From a virus (lineage: Duplodnaviria; Caudoviricetes), in IMG/VR virus record IMGVR_UViG_3300042922_001432, positions 1 to 35,261 of that record: a stretch of 35,261 nucleotides of DNA; one strand, given 5' to 3'. This document shows positions 18,175 to 27,076 of the stretch, one piece after another. Under the pieces are notes generated by a model. It made no database searches. It worked only from the letters and a program-made list of their open reading frames with translations, and was not told the DNA's origin. Within the stretch, counting starts at the first letter, position 1; each line of letters starts with the position of its first letter. A program made the translations under genes and the position numbers.

Positions 18175-19374
18175 CTATACAGAAGCGACTGGAAAATCAG
18201 CTGCATTTGATACGAATACTTCTTGAATAGTTGGAACTAATCCTGAAATATCGACATATGTAAATGAGTTGTTATCCTTTGCTTCTCCGTGACCATATAA
18301 TTTAACTAAATATGTTCTTTCATCTTCTAAAAATTTGTAGCTATCGTCATATTCAATTTTTCCAGATTTAGCTGTACCAATGCCCATAAAGTATTTTTTA
18401 GCGATTCCAAATATTGCTTTTCCAACTGGTAATTGTACTGATTGAATAACTTTTGTTGGAAATGGGAATACATTGTTTACATATGTACCGTTAGCATTTC
18501 TAACTGTTGTTGCAGGCATAATCTTAGTAAGATAATCAGTTGGATTAACTAACATAATAACTTCATCAATTACTCTTGCGTTTCCATTAGGATCAACTGC
18601 CATTCCACCGATTAGCGCACCATATGTAATTGGATCAAGTTTTGTTACTGGAACTGTTGTTTTTAATGGATAAACACCATCGGTAACAACTACTCCTGTA
18701 CCAACTTGTCTATTCATACCAATTGGCATATCTTTACCTGTACCATTTACAATTGCTTCTTCCAAACCAAATGCTAATGCTTCTGCTAAGATTGTTCTAA
18801 CATATCTATCTAACCAAACTGCGCCAAGATCCAACATTGACTTTGCTACTGGTAAAAATGCTGATAATTTATTTAATCCCATGTTGATCTTCTTAAATCC
18901 ACTAGTTAATTCTTTCACGATTGTATCAGTTAATTTACCCCATGACGCAAGTTGTTTACCATTTGTATTTACTACAAATTCAATCAAGCCACTTGTGTTT
19001 TGAAAATCAATTACTTCAAGTAATGGATGTGAAGTAGTTAAATCTTCAAATACTGAATCAATAGTTGTAATTGGCATAACTACATCCAATTCTGTAAGAC
19101 TTTGTTTTGGATTAGATGATCTCATTGCTTCAATAACTTTTTGATAGTAGTTGTTTTCTTCAGAAGTTAATTGTCTAACCCCTCTACCAACTAGAACGTT
19201 TGAATCGGATGATTGTATTAATCCTTTTGCTTCACTCATTACTGCCTCTTGGATATTTTCAGTAAACTCTGTAAAAGCTTGTGCAAATTGTTCTTCGTTA
19301 CCTTCTTTGATTGCCACATTGATTTTCGCTAATATTTCTGATTTCTTTTGGTTTAAAGCGTCTAAATTTTTCAT
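18175..19374 (-). CDS. Major capsid protein (HK97 fold)
   Basis: 399 aa with an N-terminal coiled-coil delta-like domain and the motif EEAIVNGTGKDMPIG, downstream of the protease. Confidence 0.92.
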   Translation of the reverse strand: MKNLDALNQKKSEILAKINVAIKEGNEEQFAQAFTEFTENIQEAVMSEAKGLIQSSDSNVLVGRGVRQLTSEENNYYQKVIEAMRSSNPKQSLTELDVVMPITTIDSVFEDLTTSHPLLEVIDFQNTSGLIEFVVNTNGKQLASWGKLTDTIVKELTSGFKKINMGLNKLSAFLPVAKSMLDLGAVWLDRYVRTILAEALAFGLEEAIVNGTGKDMPIGMNRQVGTGVVVTDGVYPLKTTVPVTKLDPITYGALIGGMAVDPNGNARVIDEVIMLVNPTDYLTKIMPATTVRNANGTYVNNVFPFPTKVIQSVQLPVGKAIFGIAKKYFMGIGTAKSGKIEYDDSYKFLEDERTYLVKLYGHGEAKDNNSFTYVDISGLVPTIQEVFVSNAADFPVASV

Positions 19375-20222
19375 TAATTATTTCCTCTTTCTTTCTCTCG
19401 GAACAATGCCGATAATAGTTGTTTTGGTTTATTTTCCTTATTTTGAACAATAGGTTCCTCATCTTTTATTGATTCTTCTACTGGTGATACTTCTAAAGGT
19501 ATTTCCTTTATTTGAGTTGGTTCAATTATTTCAACCAATTCCTTAAGTTGTGCTGTTATCGCTTTGTTATAATTCAAATGTTGCTCAAGTGTTTTATTCA
19601 TCTTTTGTAACATTTGTTGAGCTTCAGTAAGGTCTTTGTCTTGTCCTAATATTTCATCACAAAAGCCATAATCAAGACATTGTTGAGCAGTTAACCACGT
19701 TTCATTTTCTAACAATTCAATCAGTTTTTCCTCGCTAATTTTACCGTTTGATTTTTGCAAATAAGCTTGTCTGTTTCCATCCATAATAGTATCTAAATCA
19801 TCTGCCGCTTTTCTTAACTCTTTAGAGTTTCCACATACACAATTCAATGCATTATGAATCATCATCATCGTATTTCTTGGCATAATAATTTTGTCTCCTG
19901 CCATTGCAATAACGGAAGCTACACTACAAGCAAAGCCATCAACATAAACTGTCTTTTGAGCTGTATGTCGTTTTAATTGGGAATAAATAGCTGTTCCTTC
20001 AAATACGCTACCCCCATACGAATTAATGTAAACATTAATTTGCATTACGTTTGGATATTTTGCTAACTCTTCTCTAAAATGACTTGCCGATGTTTCACTT
20101 GTGATTTTTTCATCTGTCCACCAATCATATCCGTCACCTTTTACATCACCATAAATATACATATCAAGTACATTAGGTTCTGCTGCTTGTTTCAATTCCC
20201 ATATTTTTTTCAACTGTATCAC
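19374..20222 (-). CDS. ClpP-type prohead maturation protease
   Basis: Motifs INSYGGSV, ACSVAS (catalytic Ser), MMIHN (His) and ETWLTAQQCLDYGF. The start may be TTG at 20213. Confidence 0.92.
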   Translation of the reverse strand: MIQLKKIWELKQAAEPNVLDMYIYGDVKGDGYDWWTDEKITSETSASHFREELAKYPNVMQINVYINSYGGSVFEGTAIYSQLKRHTAQKTVYVDGFACSVASVIAMAGDKIIMPRNTMMMIHNALNCVCGNSKELRKAADDLDTIMDGNRQAYLQKSNGKISEEKLIELLENETWLTAQQCLDYGFCDEILGQDKDLTEAQQMLQKMNKTLEQHLNYNKAITAQLKELVEIIEPTQIKEIPLEVSPVEESIKDEEPIVQNKENKPKQLLSALFREKERGNN

Positions 20223-21369
20223 CCCTCTCTACTTCATTTAATAACTCTTCTACCGTTGCATAATTCTTTGTCATAAAGTTTTGGTTTGCCCAAGGTTCGT
20301 TTATTGGTTCTTCGCCCACCGTTTTTCTTATGTCATTTATAGTAAAACATCCACTTGATATTAATTTATCTACAGATGTTGCAACGCCTAATAAATCAAT
20401 ATGTTTAATAGTTTTTGTATCGATTTTGACCATTGTTCCTTGTACAAAATCCGCATACCCACATCTTTTACGAATAATCTCTTCTTGCAACATGTCGCAT
20501 AAAGGATCAACGCAAAACGTTAGCATATTGTCAACCGCATCTTTATTACTTGCAATATCACCCCTTAATAAAACAGGCGGAATATTTAACGCTCTTCCTG
20601 TAAGGTCATACACATCATCAATTAATGCTTTTATATCTCGACTACCCTCGTTTGAATATGTTTTAGCATCACTCTTCGTGTATGCATATCCTTCAAACAA
20701 AGGTAGTACTGCATTTTCTGCTAGAAAATAATTTTTAAATCTTTCATTCATTAACTTTTCAAATGTAGTGAGGAAATCAGGTTTACCTTGTGCCATTGAA
20801 CTTATATTTAAAATACCCTTTTCGCCTCGTGATTTGTTATAAGATGATTGTGCATAAGCAATTAATTTTCCATAACTTTCATACATACCATTTATTAAAG
20901 TTCTTATATCCCTGTTGTTTAGTTGAAAATACATAACTTCTGACATTGTAAAGCTTTTATTAAATTCAAACTTATCTACTGTTACGCCTGTGAATTGGTA
21001 ATCAAAAAGCGCATACTCTTTTTTATAAAAAGTATCCGCCACCAGTAGTTGACCATTTGATTCAATTATGAGACATTCATTATTTTCATACAGCTTACTT
21101 ATCCATTTATGAATAAAAGCACTTGAGTTTTGATTTTTATTCGGTTCAATATTGAACAGATAATATTCTCGCTCTTTGACTTCTTTTCCCTTAAAATATG
21201 TTTTAAATTCGCATTTACTAACTGAATTAGCAATCAAGTTTATTGCCGATTGGAAAGCTAAATTTCTTACATAATATTCTGCTGCTAATCCAAAAAATTC
21301 TGTTGAATCAATCTCGACTTCTTGCGTACTACCACCAAGTCTATCTATTAACCATGTTCTTATACTCAA
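20173..21369 (-). CDS. Portal protein (HK97 family)
   Basis: Motifs AINLIANSVS, NIEPNKNQNS, ALNIPP and TINDIRK; lies between terminase and protease. Confidence 0.92.
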   Translation of the reverse strand: MSIRTWLIDRLGGSTQEVEIDSTEFFGLAAEYYVRNLAFQSAINLIANSVSKCEFKTYFKGKEVKEREYYLFNIEPNKNQNSSAFIHKWISKLYENNECLIIESNGQLLVADTFYKKEYALFDYQFTGVTVDKFEFNKSFTMSEVMYFQLNNRDIRTLINGMYESYGKLIAYAQSSYNKSRGEKGILNISSMAQGKPDFLTTFEKLMNERFKNYFLAENAVLPLFEGYAYTKSDAKTYSNEGSRDIKALIDDVYDLTGRALNIPPVLLRGDIASNKDAVDNMLTFCVDPLCDMLQEEIIRKRCGYADFVQGTMVKIDTKTIKHIDLLGVATSVDKLISSGCFTINDIRKTVGEEPINEPWANQNFMTKNYATVEELLNEVERGDTVEKNMGIETSSRT

Positions 21370-21386
21370 TTCTTTTCACCCCCTCT

Positions 21387-23072
21387 CTAATAGGTATATA
21401 CTCCGACATCAGGAGTTGTTAAAGCACTCCCGTCACCAAGTTCACTTTCAATGACCATACATGCTACAAGTGCCATAAACGGATCTGTTTTTCGGCTCTT
21501 ACCCTCAATTTTTGCATAGTAATAATTTCCTGTATCAGTCCCTTGTTTCTTACCAGATGCAACTAGTTTTGTATTATATGTTGCCCACCATAACGGTGGG
21601 TTATATCCCCAAGTAAAATAGTTGTTTACGAAACAACTTTCAATAAGAGGTACTACTTGCATTATGTCAGATGGTCTAATTAACTTTACATTTTTATATT
21701 CAGTCGCATCAAATCCAACTTTTCTTAAAGAGTTTGCCATCAAAGCATATCTATAATTGTCTAGAGATAATTTTAGTAGGTTATATTTTTGTGCTTGTTC
21801 TGCAATATATTCAGCTAGTAAGTCCGGATTAATTTCAACATCATCTACAAGCGTCAAATACCCTTCGTCTGACCATTCTTGCCATGGTATGTTTAGTCTA
21901 CTTATATCGGCTGATTTCAAACACAACCAAGAGTGAGATATATCGTATCTAGTATTACCTTCTCTAAAATGAATACAGACACTAGCGAAATCTGTTACCT
22001 TTGCATAGTCAATCCCTACTATTGCATTTCTACCTTGTAAGTCTGGTAATGCTTTATTTGATGCAATAATATTTTCCCACTCTGCAACTTGTAAGTCTTT
22101 ATTACCTTTGGGGATATTCAACCTTTTAGTGAAAAATTCTTGTTCTAAACTTGGCTGATATTTCATCTGAATAAATTCTTTTTCCATCTCAATTCTGAGT
22201 TCATTAAAAAATCTCAATGAAGGATTAGCTTTGTGCCACATTTCAGGATCAGTAGCCTCTTCATCTGAATCTAATTTATAAATTAAAGGTAACATCCCTA
22301 AATCTTTGATAATTCTATTTAATACATCACTAGCAATAGCAAGTTTATCATCTAGTACGCCACCTCTTATATTTCCATTTGTGGTAATATAAAAAGCTCT
22401 GGAAAATTTCTTTTTTCCAAAGCCTGAGGTGAATACTTTTATATTGTCGTATGTTTCATAAGAATGACACTCATCAAAAATTAATGCTGCTGATCGTTTA
22501 CCATCTTTAGTCTTAGCATTACTTGTATTATATTTAATATACGAATTCGTTTTAAGATTAGTAATAACTTCTTTAGTTTTATAGAAAAACTTTTTAAGTA
22601 TACTCCATTTTTTTTCTAGAACTTGATATATATCTTCAAAAGATGTTTTAGCTTGATCCTCAGAGTTAGCTATAATATCAACATTATAACTTTTAACACC
22701 ATGATAATGTGTAGTTAAATACCATGCAATAGGGGAGATAAATCCGTTTTTACCGTTTCCTCTTCCCATCATTATAAATATTTCATCAAATACAACCGTA
22801 TCACTTGATTTATAAAAGCAATGAATACATGCAGTAACTAATAATTCCCAATCGAGTAACTTAATTTCAAAGTATTTTTCCATCAATTCGACTGCTTTAT
22901 TAATCTTTTCTGTATCAATAAAAACGTCAGGATTACTTAGTTTTTCTTCTATTAAATCCATAGCTAGCTTGATTTCTTTACTTGTAGGAAATACTTCATT
23001 TCTAACATCATCTATATAATTATCTATATAAGGATGATAATCTTTTAATCTACATTTCTTCATCATCATCAT
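21387..23072 (-). CDS. terL: Terminase large subunit
   Basis: Walker A GRGNGKN, Walker B LIFDE, and nuclease acidic motifs GIDYAKVTD and KTDPFMA. Confidence 0.95.
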   Translation of the reverse strand: MMMMKKCRLKDYHPYIDNYIDDVRNEVFPTSKEIKLAMDLIEEKLSNPDVFIDTEKINKAVELMEKYFEIKLLDWELLVTACIHCFYKSSDTVVFDEIFIMMGRGNGKNGFISPIAWYLTTHYHGVKSYNVDIIANSEDQAKTSFEDIYQVLEKKWSILKKFFYKTKEVITNLKTNSYIKYNTSNAKTKDGKRSAALIFDECHSYETYDNIKVFTSGFGKKKFSRAFYITTNGNIRGGVLDDKLAIASDVLNRIIKDLGMLPLIYKLDSDEEATDPEMWHKANPSLRFFNELRIEMEKEFIQMKYQPSLEQEFFTKRLNIPKGNKDLQVAEWENIIASNKALPDLQGRNAIVGIDYAKVTDFASVCIHFREGNTRYDISHSWLCLKSADISRLNIPWQEWSDEGYLTLVDDVEINPDLLAEYIAEQAQKYNLLKLSLDNYRYALMANSLRKVGFDATEYKNVKLIRPSDIMQVVPLIESCFVNNYFTWGYNPPLWWATYNTKLVASGKKQGTDTGNYYYAKIEGKSRKTDPFMALVACMVIESELGDGSALTTPDVGVYTY

Positions 23073-23379
23073 TCAACTCACCACCTTGGGATGGTTTTAT
23101 TCCTAGTGCACTTAACAACTTTATCATTTGTTGATTAACCTTTAGCAACTGATCTACGCTATCATTCTTTTTATAACCCCATTGTGTTTCACTATTTTGA
23201 TATTTACATGTTACACCACGCTCATTAATGTCATTAATGAGTAGATTTTTCGTTGTCCAGAAATCCATATAATCATTTATTAGATCTATGTAATACTTAC
23301 CCATTGTGCTATTTCTTTCAATTTGTTCTAATAAATCTTTTTTAATTTCTATTTGTTCTTTATTTTTTTCTTTTGCCAT
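23050..23379 (-). CDS. terS: Terminase small subunit (P27 family)
   Basis: Motif DINERGV...KKNDSV..LLKVNQQMIKLLSALGI. RBS AGGTGGTGG favours ATG at 23379. Confidence 0.88.
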   Translation of the reverse strand: MAKEKNKEQIEIKKDLLEQIERNSTMGKYYIDLINDYMDFWTTKNLLINDINERGVTCKYQNSETQWGYKKNDSVDQLLKVNQQMIKLLSALGIKPSQGGELNDDDEEM

Positions 23380-23397
23380 TTCACCACCACCTATCAT

Positions 23398-23483
23398 GTG
23401 AGATTTTTAAAATATTTCTACTGTCTAGACCCCTACGAGTAACACCCATAATTCTTAATATGCGTTTGTTTTTGATGGGGGTA
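23398..23483. other. Probable cos (cohesive end) packaging region
   Basis: Non-coding gap between HNH and terS with C/G runs (minus strand TACCCCCATC...AGGGGTC). This location is typical of HK97-type cos phages; the exact cut site cannot be determined. Confidence 0.55.
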
Positions 23484-23837
23484 TCATTCCCATCTTTCTT
23501 CCGTTATAGGTTCTACTACTTTATGTTTTAATCGTTCTGGATGACATACATTTTCATGACAATCCTTACATACTGCTATAAGATTGACATACTCTTTACC
23601 CTGAAATATATATGTCTTGCTTAATGCTAATCTTGGATGCTTACGAACATACTGTATATGATGCACGTGATTAGCTTTAGTATAAAATCCTTTTGCCTTG
23701 CAAACTTGACACTCATCCTTGCAATCTGACAAAACTGCTTTGCGTAAATGCCTCCACTCTTTTGATACATAAAACTCATGTAACTTATCTATTGCTATTA
23801 ATTCATTTATCCATTTAGCAACTTGTTCTTCATTCAT
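23484..23837 (-). CDS. HNH endonuclease (terminase-associated, HK97 gp74-like)
   Basis: CQVC...HVHHI...NLIAVCKDCHENVCH, directly upstream of terS. Confidence 0.92.
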   Translation of the reverse strand: MNEEQVAKWINELIAIDKLHEFYVSKEWRHLRKAVLSDCKDECQVCKAKGFYTKANHVHHIQYVRKHPRLALSKTYIFQGKEYVNLIAVCKDCHENVCHPERLKHKVVEPITEERWE

Positions 23838-23944
23838 TGTTTCAATCTATTCTTTTTTATTAATTTATCTATTAACTCATCCTTAACATACATAATCAAT
23901 ACTTGAACTATAAATATATAAAACAAACCTTCTAGTAATCCCAT
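23834..23944 (-). CDS. 36-aa membrane peptide
   Basis: RBS GAAAGGA precedes ATG at 23944. Sequence MGLLEGLFYIFIVQVLIMYVKDELIDKLIKKNRLKQ; the stop overlaps the HNH start (ATGA). Confidence 0.6.
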   Translation of the reverse strand: MGLLEGLFYIFIVQVLIMYVKDELIDKLIKKNRLKQ

Positions 23945-24016
23945 ATGTATAACCATCCTTTCATAACTTTCTATTATTCTACACAACAAATTCAAACTAT
24001 TCCCTTTTTCTGCATT

Positions 24017-24043
24017 AAAAATGCACCTCCAAAGAGATGCATT
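24017..24043 (-). terminator. Intrinsic terminator after HExxH moron
   Basis: Minus strand AATGCATCTC-TTTG-GAGGTGCATTTTT. Confidence 0.8.
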
Positions 24044-24071
24044 ATCTGTTAGAATAAAAATTAAATTTCGT

Positions 24072-24950
24072 TTATAACTCCATAATTTTATAATAAACAC
24101 GCACAAATTCTTTTATATTCTCACGTTTTGCAATATATGGATACAACAAATTTAGGAATATTATTACATTTTCCATTTCATGCAGACACTCGATATAAAT
24201 ACAAATTTTTTCATCATTCTTATACTCATCATAAAAAGGAACTTTTATCTTTTTTACATGATAATATGCTATGTATTGAACAAAAAAGTAAATAATTCGT
24301 CTTACTTTGGTGTATTTATCAATCTTATACTCATTAGTAATATAATCTATTAAATTCTCTTTAGTACTTTCTATTCTATTGACATCAGCAATTGTTAATA
24401 TTTTATCATAGGCGCATTTTTCCGCAAAATATTCACCAAATAATGATTGCCCTATTTCAGAAATAGCATCAAAATCATTTGTTGGAATATTTCTTCTTTC
24501 TGCCCTGCATACTCTCTGCTGACCATCAATTGCATGACCAAATTCATGTAAAAAAATAATAGCATTTGAATTAATTTTTTTCAATATATCATTATCGAAA
24601 TTATATCCATGACATTTATGTAAAATGAAGTATAAAAATCCCCTTAAAATACATTCTTTAATAATTATTGCTTGTTGTAAAATACCTATTTCACTTAAAC
24701 CAGTAATGCACTTTCCAACTACTTCAATATTTTTATCTTTAATATCCAATTTTTCTTCATTAAGCATTTCACAATACTCATTAACTGTATTGATGAATTT
24801 TAATGTATCATCAATGGTTATTACTAAATATAATATTGGTTCTAATTTATATCCAAATAAATTATTTAGAATTGACTTAAATTCATCCAATCCCAAAGTG
24901 CTTTCAATTTCATTTTTTATCCTACAATCTTGTTCAAATATAAGTCTCAT
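24072..24950 (-). CDS. Putative zinc metallopeptidase-like protein (HExxH); moron
   Basis: FLHEFGHA plus downstream GEYFAE (candidate third ligand). It has its own TATAAT and RBS upstream and a terminator downstream. Confidence 0.65.
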   Translation of the reverse strand: MRLIFEQDCRIKNEIESTLGLDEFKSILNNLFGYKLEPILYLVITIDDTLKFINTVNEYCEMLNEEKLDIKDKNIEVVGKCITGLSEIGILQQAIIIKECILRGFLYFILHKCHGYNFDNDILKKINSNAIIFLHEFGHAIDGQQRVCRAERRNIPTNDFDAISEIGQSLFGEYFAEKCAYDKILTIADVNRIESTKENLIDYITNEYKIDKYTKVRRIIYFFVQYIAYYHVKKIKVPFYDEYKNDEKICIYIECLHEMENVIIFLNLLYPYIAKRENIKEFVRVYYKIMEL

Positions 24951-25025
24951 GTTTTCCCCCTCATTCGTACATAATTAATATTATATACCAAAAAATTACA
25001 AAAGGAAATACTCGTTCTGCATTGT

Positions 25026-25057
25026 AAAGAGAAGAGCATCAATCAATTTGATACTCT
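25026..25057 (-). terminator. Terminator-like hairpin after 305-aa moron
   Basis: Minus strand AGAGTATCAA-ATTGA-TTGATGCTCT-TCTCTTT. Confidence 0.6.
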
Positions 25058-25117
25058 CCGTCAATGTTTATGTATTAATCAATTTTAGAACTCCATTTAT
25101 ACCCATTAATATTTAAA

Positions 25118-26035
25118 TCATTCCTTATTATTTTGTAAAAGCTTAGTTTCTTCTACAGATATTTTTTGTACTTCATTCTGTGTAATGAATAAATCTTTAA
25201 CTTCAACTGTTTCTATAGCCGAATGAATCTCTAATCCCTTTTCAAATAACCACGCTAACTTTTCTAAACTCTTTTCGGCTCTACCTCTTTCATCACCATC
25301 TTTTAAAGGATGTATGCTTTGTTCTAATTCTAGTACACAGTTATCAATATAACTCTTGTTCGCTTTCTTGTAGCCTTCTATAACAGTTTCTATAACATCG
25401 TTTTTTAACTTCATAGCTCTTAATTGCTCTTCTTGTTGCTCTACATTGGTTATATGAGATTTAATTTTAATTGTATAATCTATTATTTTAGCTAAATTTG
25501 ACAGTATTACTGTTGTTCCTACTGCAGCGATCATAAAACTAATCCATGTGGAACCAACATCTATACAATTCAATTTTATTTCTTCATCTTTATTTTTTAA
25601 AAATGGACATTGATTAATGACAAAATTTATTTCTTTAATATATGTAGCAAACTCATCTAATGTTTTAAATGATGGTAATTTTACATCAAAACCACTACCC
25701 TTATTATCATTACCTAACAATTCATACAAATCAATTATTGTATTCACTTTATCTTCTAAAGACTTTATTTTTTTCAGTAATATTGCATGGATTTGCACAG
25801 AAATATCTAATTTAGACTTATTTTTTGAAAATGTAGGAATACAATCATACAAATCACTAACTGCTTCTAATAAACAAGGAACTTGGCTTAGTACCTCTAA
25901 TGTCTTAACAAAGTCATTCCAATTTTTAATTAAATAATACTGATTACTTCCACCTTGGTTTTCTACAGTAATTTCCAGCTTTTTTATATCACCTATTTTA
26001 TTTTTACAAATATAATACATATTATATAACCTCAT
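25118..26035 (-). CDS. Hypothetical protein with one hydrophobic segment and C-terminal coiled coil; moron
   Basis: 305 aa with RBS GGAGG and the hydrophobic stretch WISFMIAAVGTTVILSNLAKII. Confidence 0.8.
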   Translation of the reverse strand: MRLYNMYYICKNKIGDIKKLEITVENQGGSNQYYLIKNWNDFVKTLEVLSQVPCLLEAVSDLYDCIPTFSKNKSKLDISVQIHAILLKKIKSLEDKVNTIIDLYELLGNDNKGSGFDVKLPSFKTLDEFATYIKEINFVINQCPFLKNKDEEIKLNCIDVGSTWISFMIAAVGTTVILSNLAKIIDYTIKIKSHITNVEQQEEQLRAMKLKNDVIETVIEGYKKANKSYIDNCVLELEQSIHPLKDGDERGRAEKSLEKLAWLFEKGLEIHSAIETVEVKDLFITQNEVQKISVEETKLLQNNKE

Positions 26036-26064
26036 CTTTACCTCCCATATATGTTTATGGGAAT

Positions 26065-26092
26065 ATTATACTACATATTATTTATATTTCAA
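26065..26092 (-). promoter_or_regulatory. Sigma-A promoter of the 305-aa moron
   Basis: Minus strand TTGAAA, 16-nt spacer, TATAAT. Confidence 0.65.
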
Positions 26093-26173
26093 ACATAAAA
26101 CACTATTTTCTTACATAATAAACTATATAGTTTATTTCCACTATAAAGCCACTCTATAACAAAGTGGTGCAAA

Positions 26174-26815
26174 TTAAGCACCCTTATACCAATCAGGTTT
26201 TATACTTTCTAAATGACACCATTTAAAAACCCCAAGTTGGCTTATGTACCCCGTATTAACATCAATATCTTGTTGCAATAACAACTCTATAATTTGTTTA
26301 GGTTTTAATCCTTGTTCCTTTAAATATAATATATTTGCAATTATTGTTTCATCGTATTTTACGTTAGGATTTAATGAACCTAAATTGATATCATGCCTTA
26401 ACGAAGAAGTTGTATCGTCTTTTTTATTTGAACTATGCTTACTTACCTTAAAATGTGAATTACAAACCGTAAGTCGATTAAGATTAATATTTACTTCCTC
26501 GATTAATGATAGTGCAATCTGCAATGATTCTTTCTCTTCAGTTGTCATATCTTTGACATCATTAGTTGAGGCTGATACAAAAATCACTCGCATGCAAAGG
26601 TCATCTCTGTCCCAAGCTTCTTGGATAGGTCTCTTGTTATTTTCCATATAAAGACCTCTTCTTAGGTTATATAAATGACGTGATAGACAAGAATTTCCTA
26701 TGTCTATTGCCGAACCTACATATAAAACTTTACCTTCAAGTTTTGTCTCGAATTGGTAAACTCCTGCATTATAAATACTGTTTTCTCCTACGATTTCCAT
26801 GTACTTTTTTTTCAT
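26174..26815 (-). CDS. GIY-YIG nuclease-family protein with probable C-terminal DNA-binding domain
   Basis: GVYQF...LYVGSA...RHLYNL resembles the I-TevI N-terminal motif. Confidence 0.75.
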   Translation of the reverse strand: MKKKYMEIVGENSIYNAGVYQFETKLEGKVLYVGSAIDIGNSCLSRHLYNLRRGLYMENNKRPIQEAWDRDDLCMRVIFVSASTNDVKDMTTEEKESLQIALSLIEEVNINLNRLTVCNSHFKVSKHSSNKKDDTTSSLRHDINLGSLNPNVKYDETIIANILYLKEQGLKPKQIIELLLQQDIDVNTGYISQLGVFKWCHLESIKPDWYKGA

Positions 26816-26879
26816 AATATGTATTTCCTTTCTAATGGGCTAGTTTATATCGTTTACTAGCAACTTTTTAAAATAATGG

Positions 26880-26908
26880 TTGACGGGTACCTTCAAACAT
26901 GGTAAACT
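26880..26908 (+). promoter_or_regulatory. Antisense sigma-A promoter
   Basis: TTGACG, 17-nt spacer, TAAACT with a TG extension. No plus-strand ORF follows. Confidence 0.6.
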
Positions 26909-26969
26909 TTAATTACGCCATATTTGGTTTTATTTTTGTATAAATATATATGTTTAAAAAAATATATTA

Positions 26970-27013
26970 ACAGACCAACCTATCACCAAGGAGGTAGCGA
27001 CAAGTCAGTCTGT
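26970..27013 (-). ncRNA. 19-bp RNA hairpin with anti-Shine-Dalgarno loop (CCUCCU)
   Basis: ACAGACUGACUUGUCGCUA-CCUCCU-UGGUGAUAGGUUGGUCUGU. All 19 positions pair on the minus strand, six of them as G-U. Confidence 0.65.
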
Positions 27014-27035
27014 AAATAACTAATATAAATATAAC

Positions 27036-27060
27036 AAAAAGCACCTAACTCAATAGATGC
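27036..27060 (-). terminator. Intrinsic terminator after small XRE gene
   Basis: Minus strand GCATCTA-TTGAGT-TAGGTGCTTTTT. Confidence 0.75.
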
Positions 27061-27076
27061 CTTCCACTATAAATTT

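Noticed and set aside
23834-24106. 90-aa ORF as called in the track
   Set aside because: It runs across a terminator and overlaps the upstream gene. The RBS supports only the 36-aa ORF from 23944.
26174-26815. Group I intron around the GIY-YIG gene
   Set aside because: The gene is free-standing with its own RBS and terminator, and no interrupted host gene flanks it.
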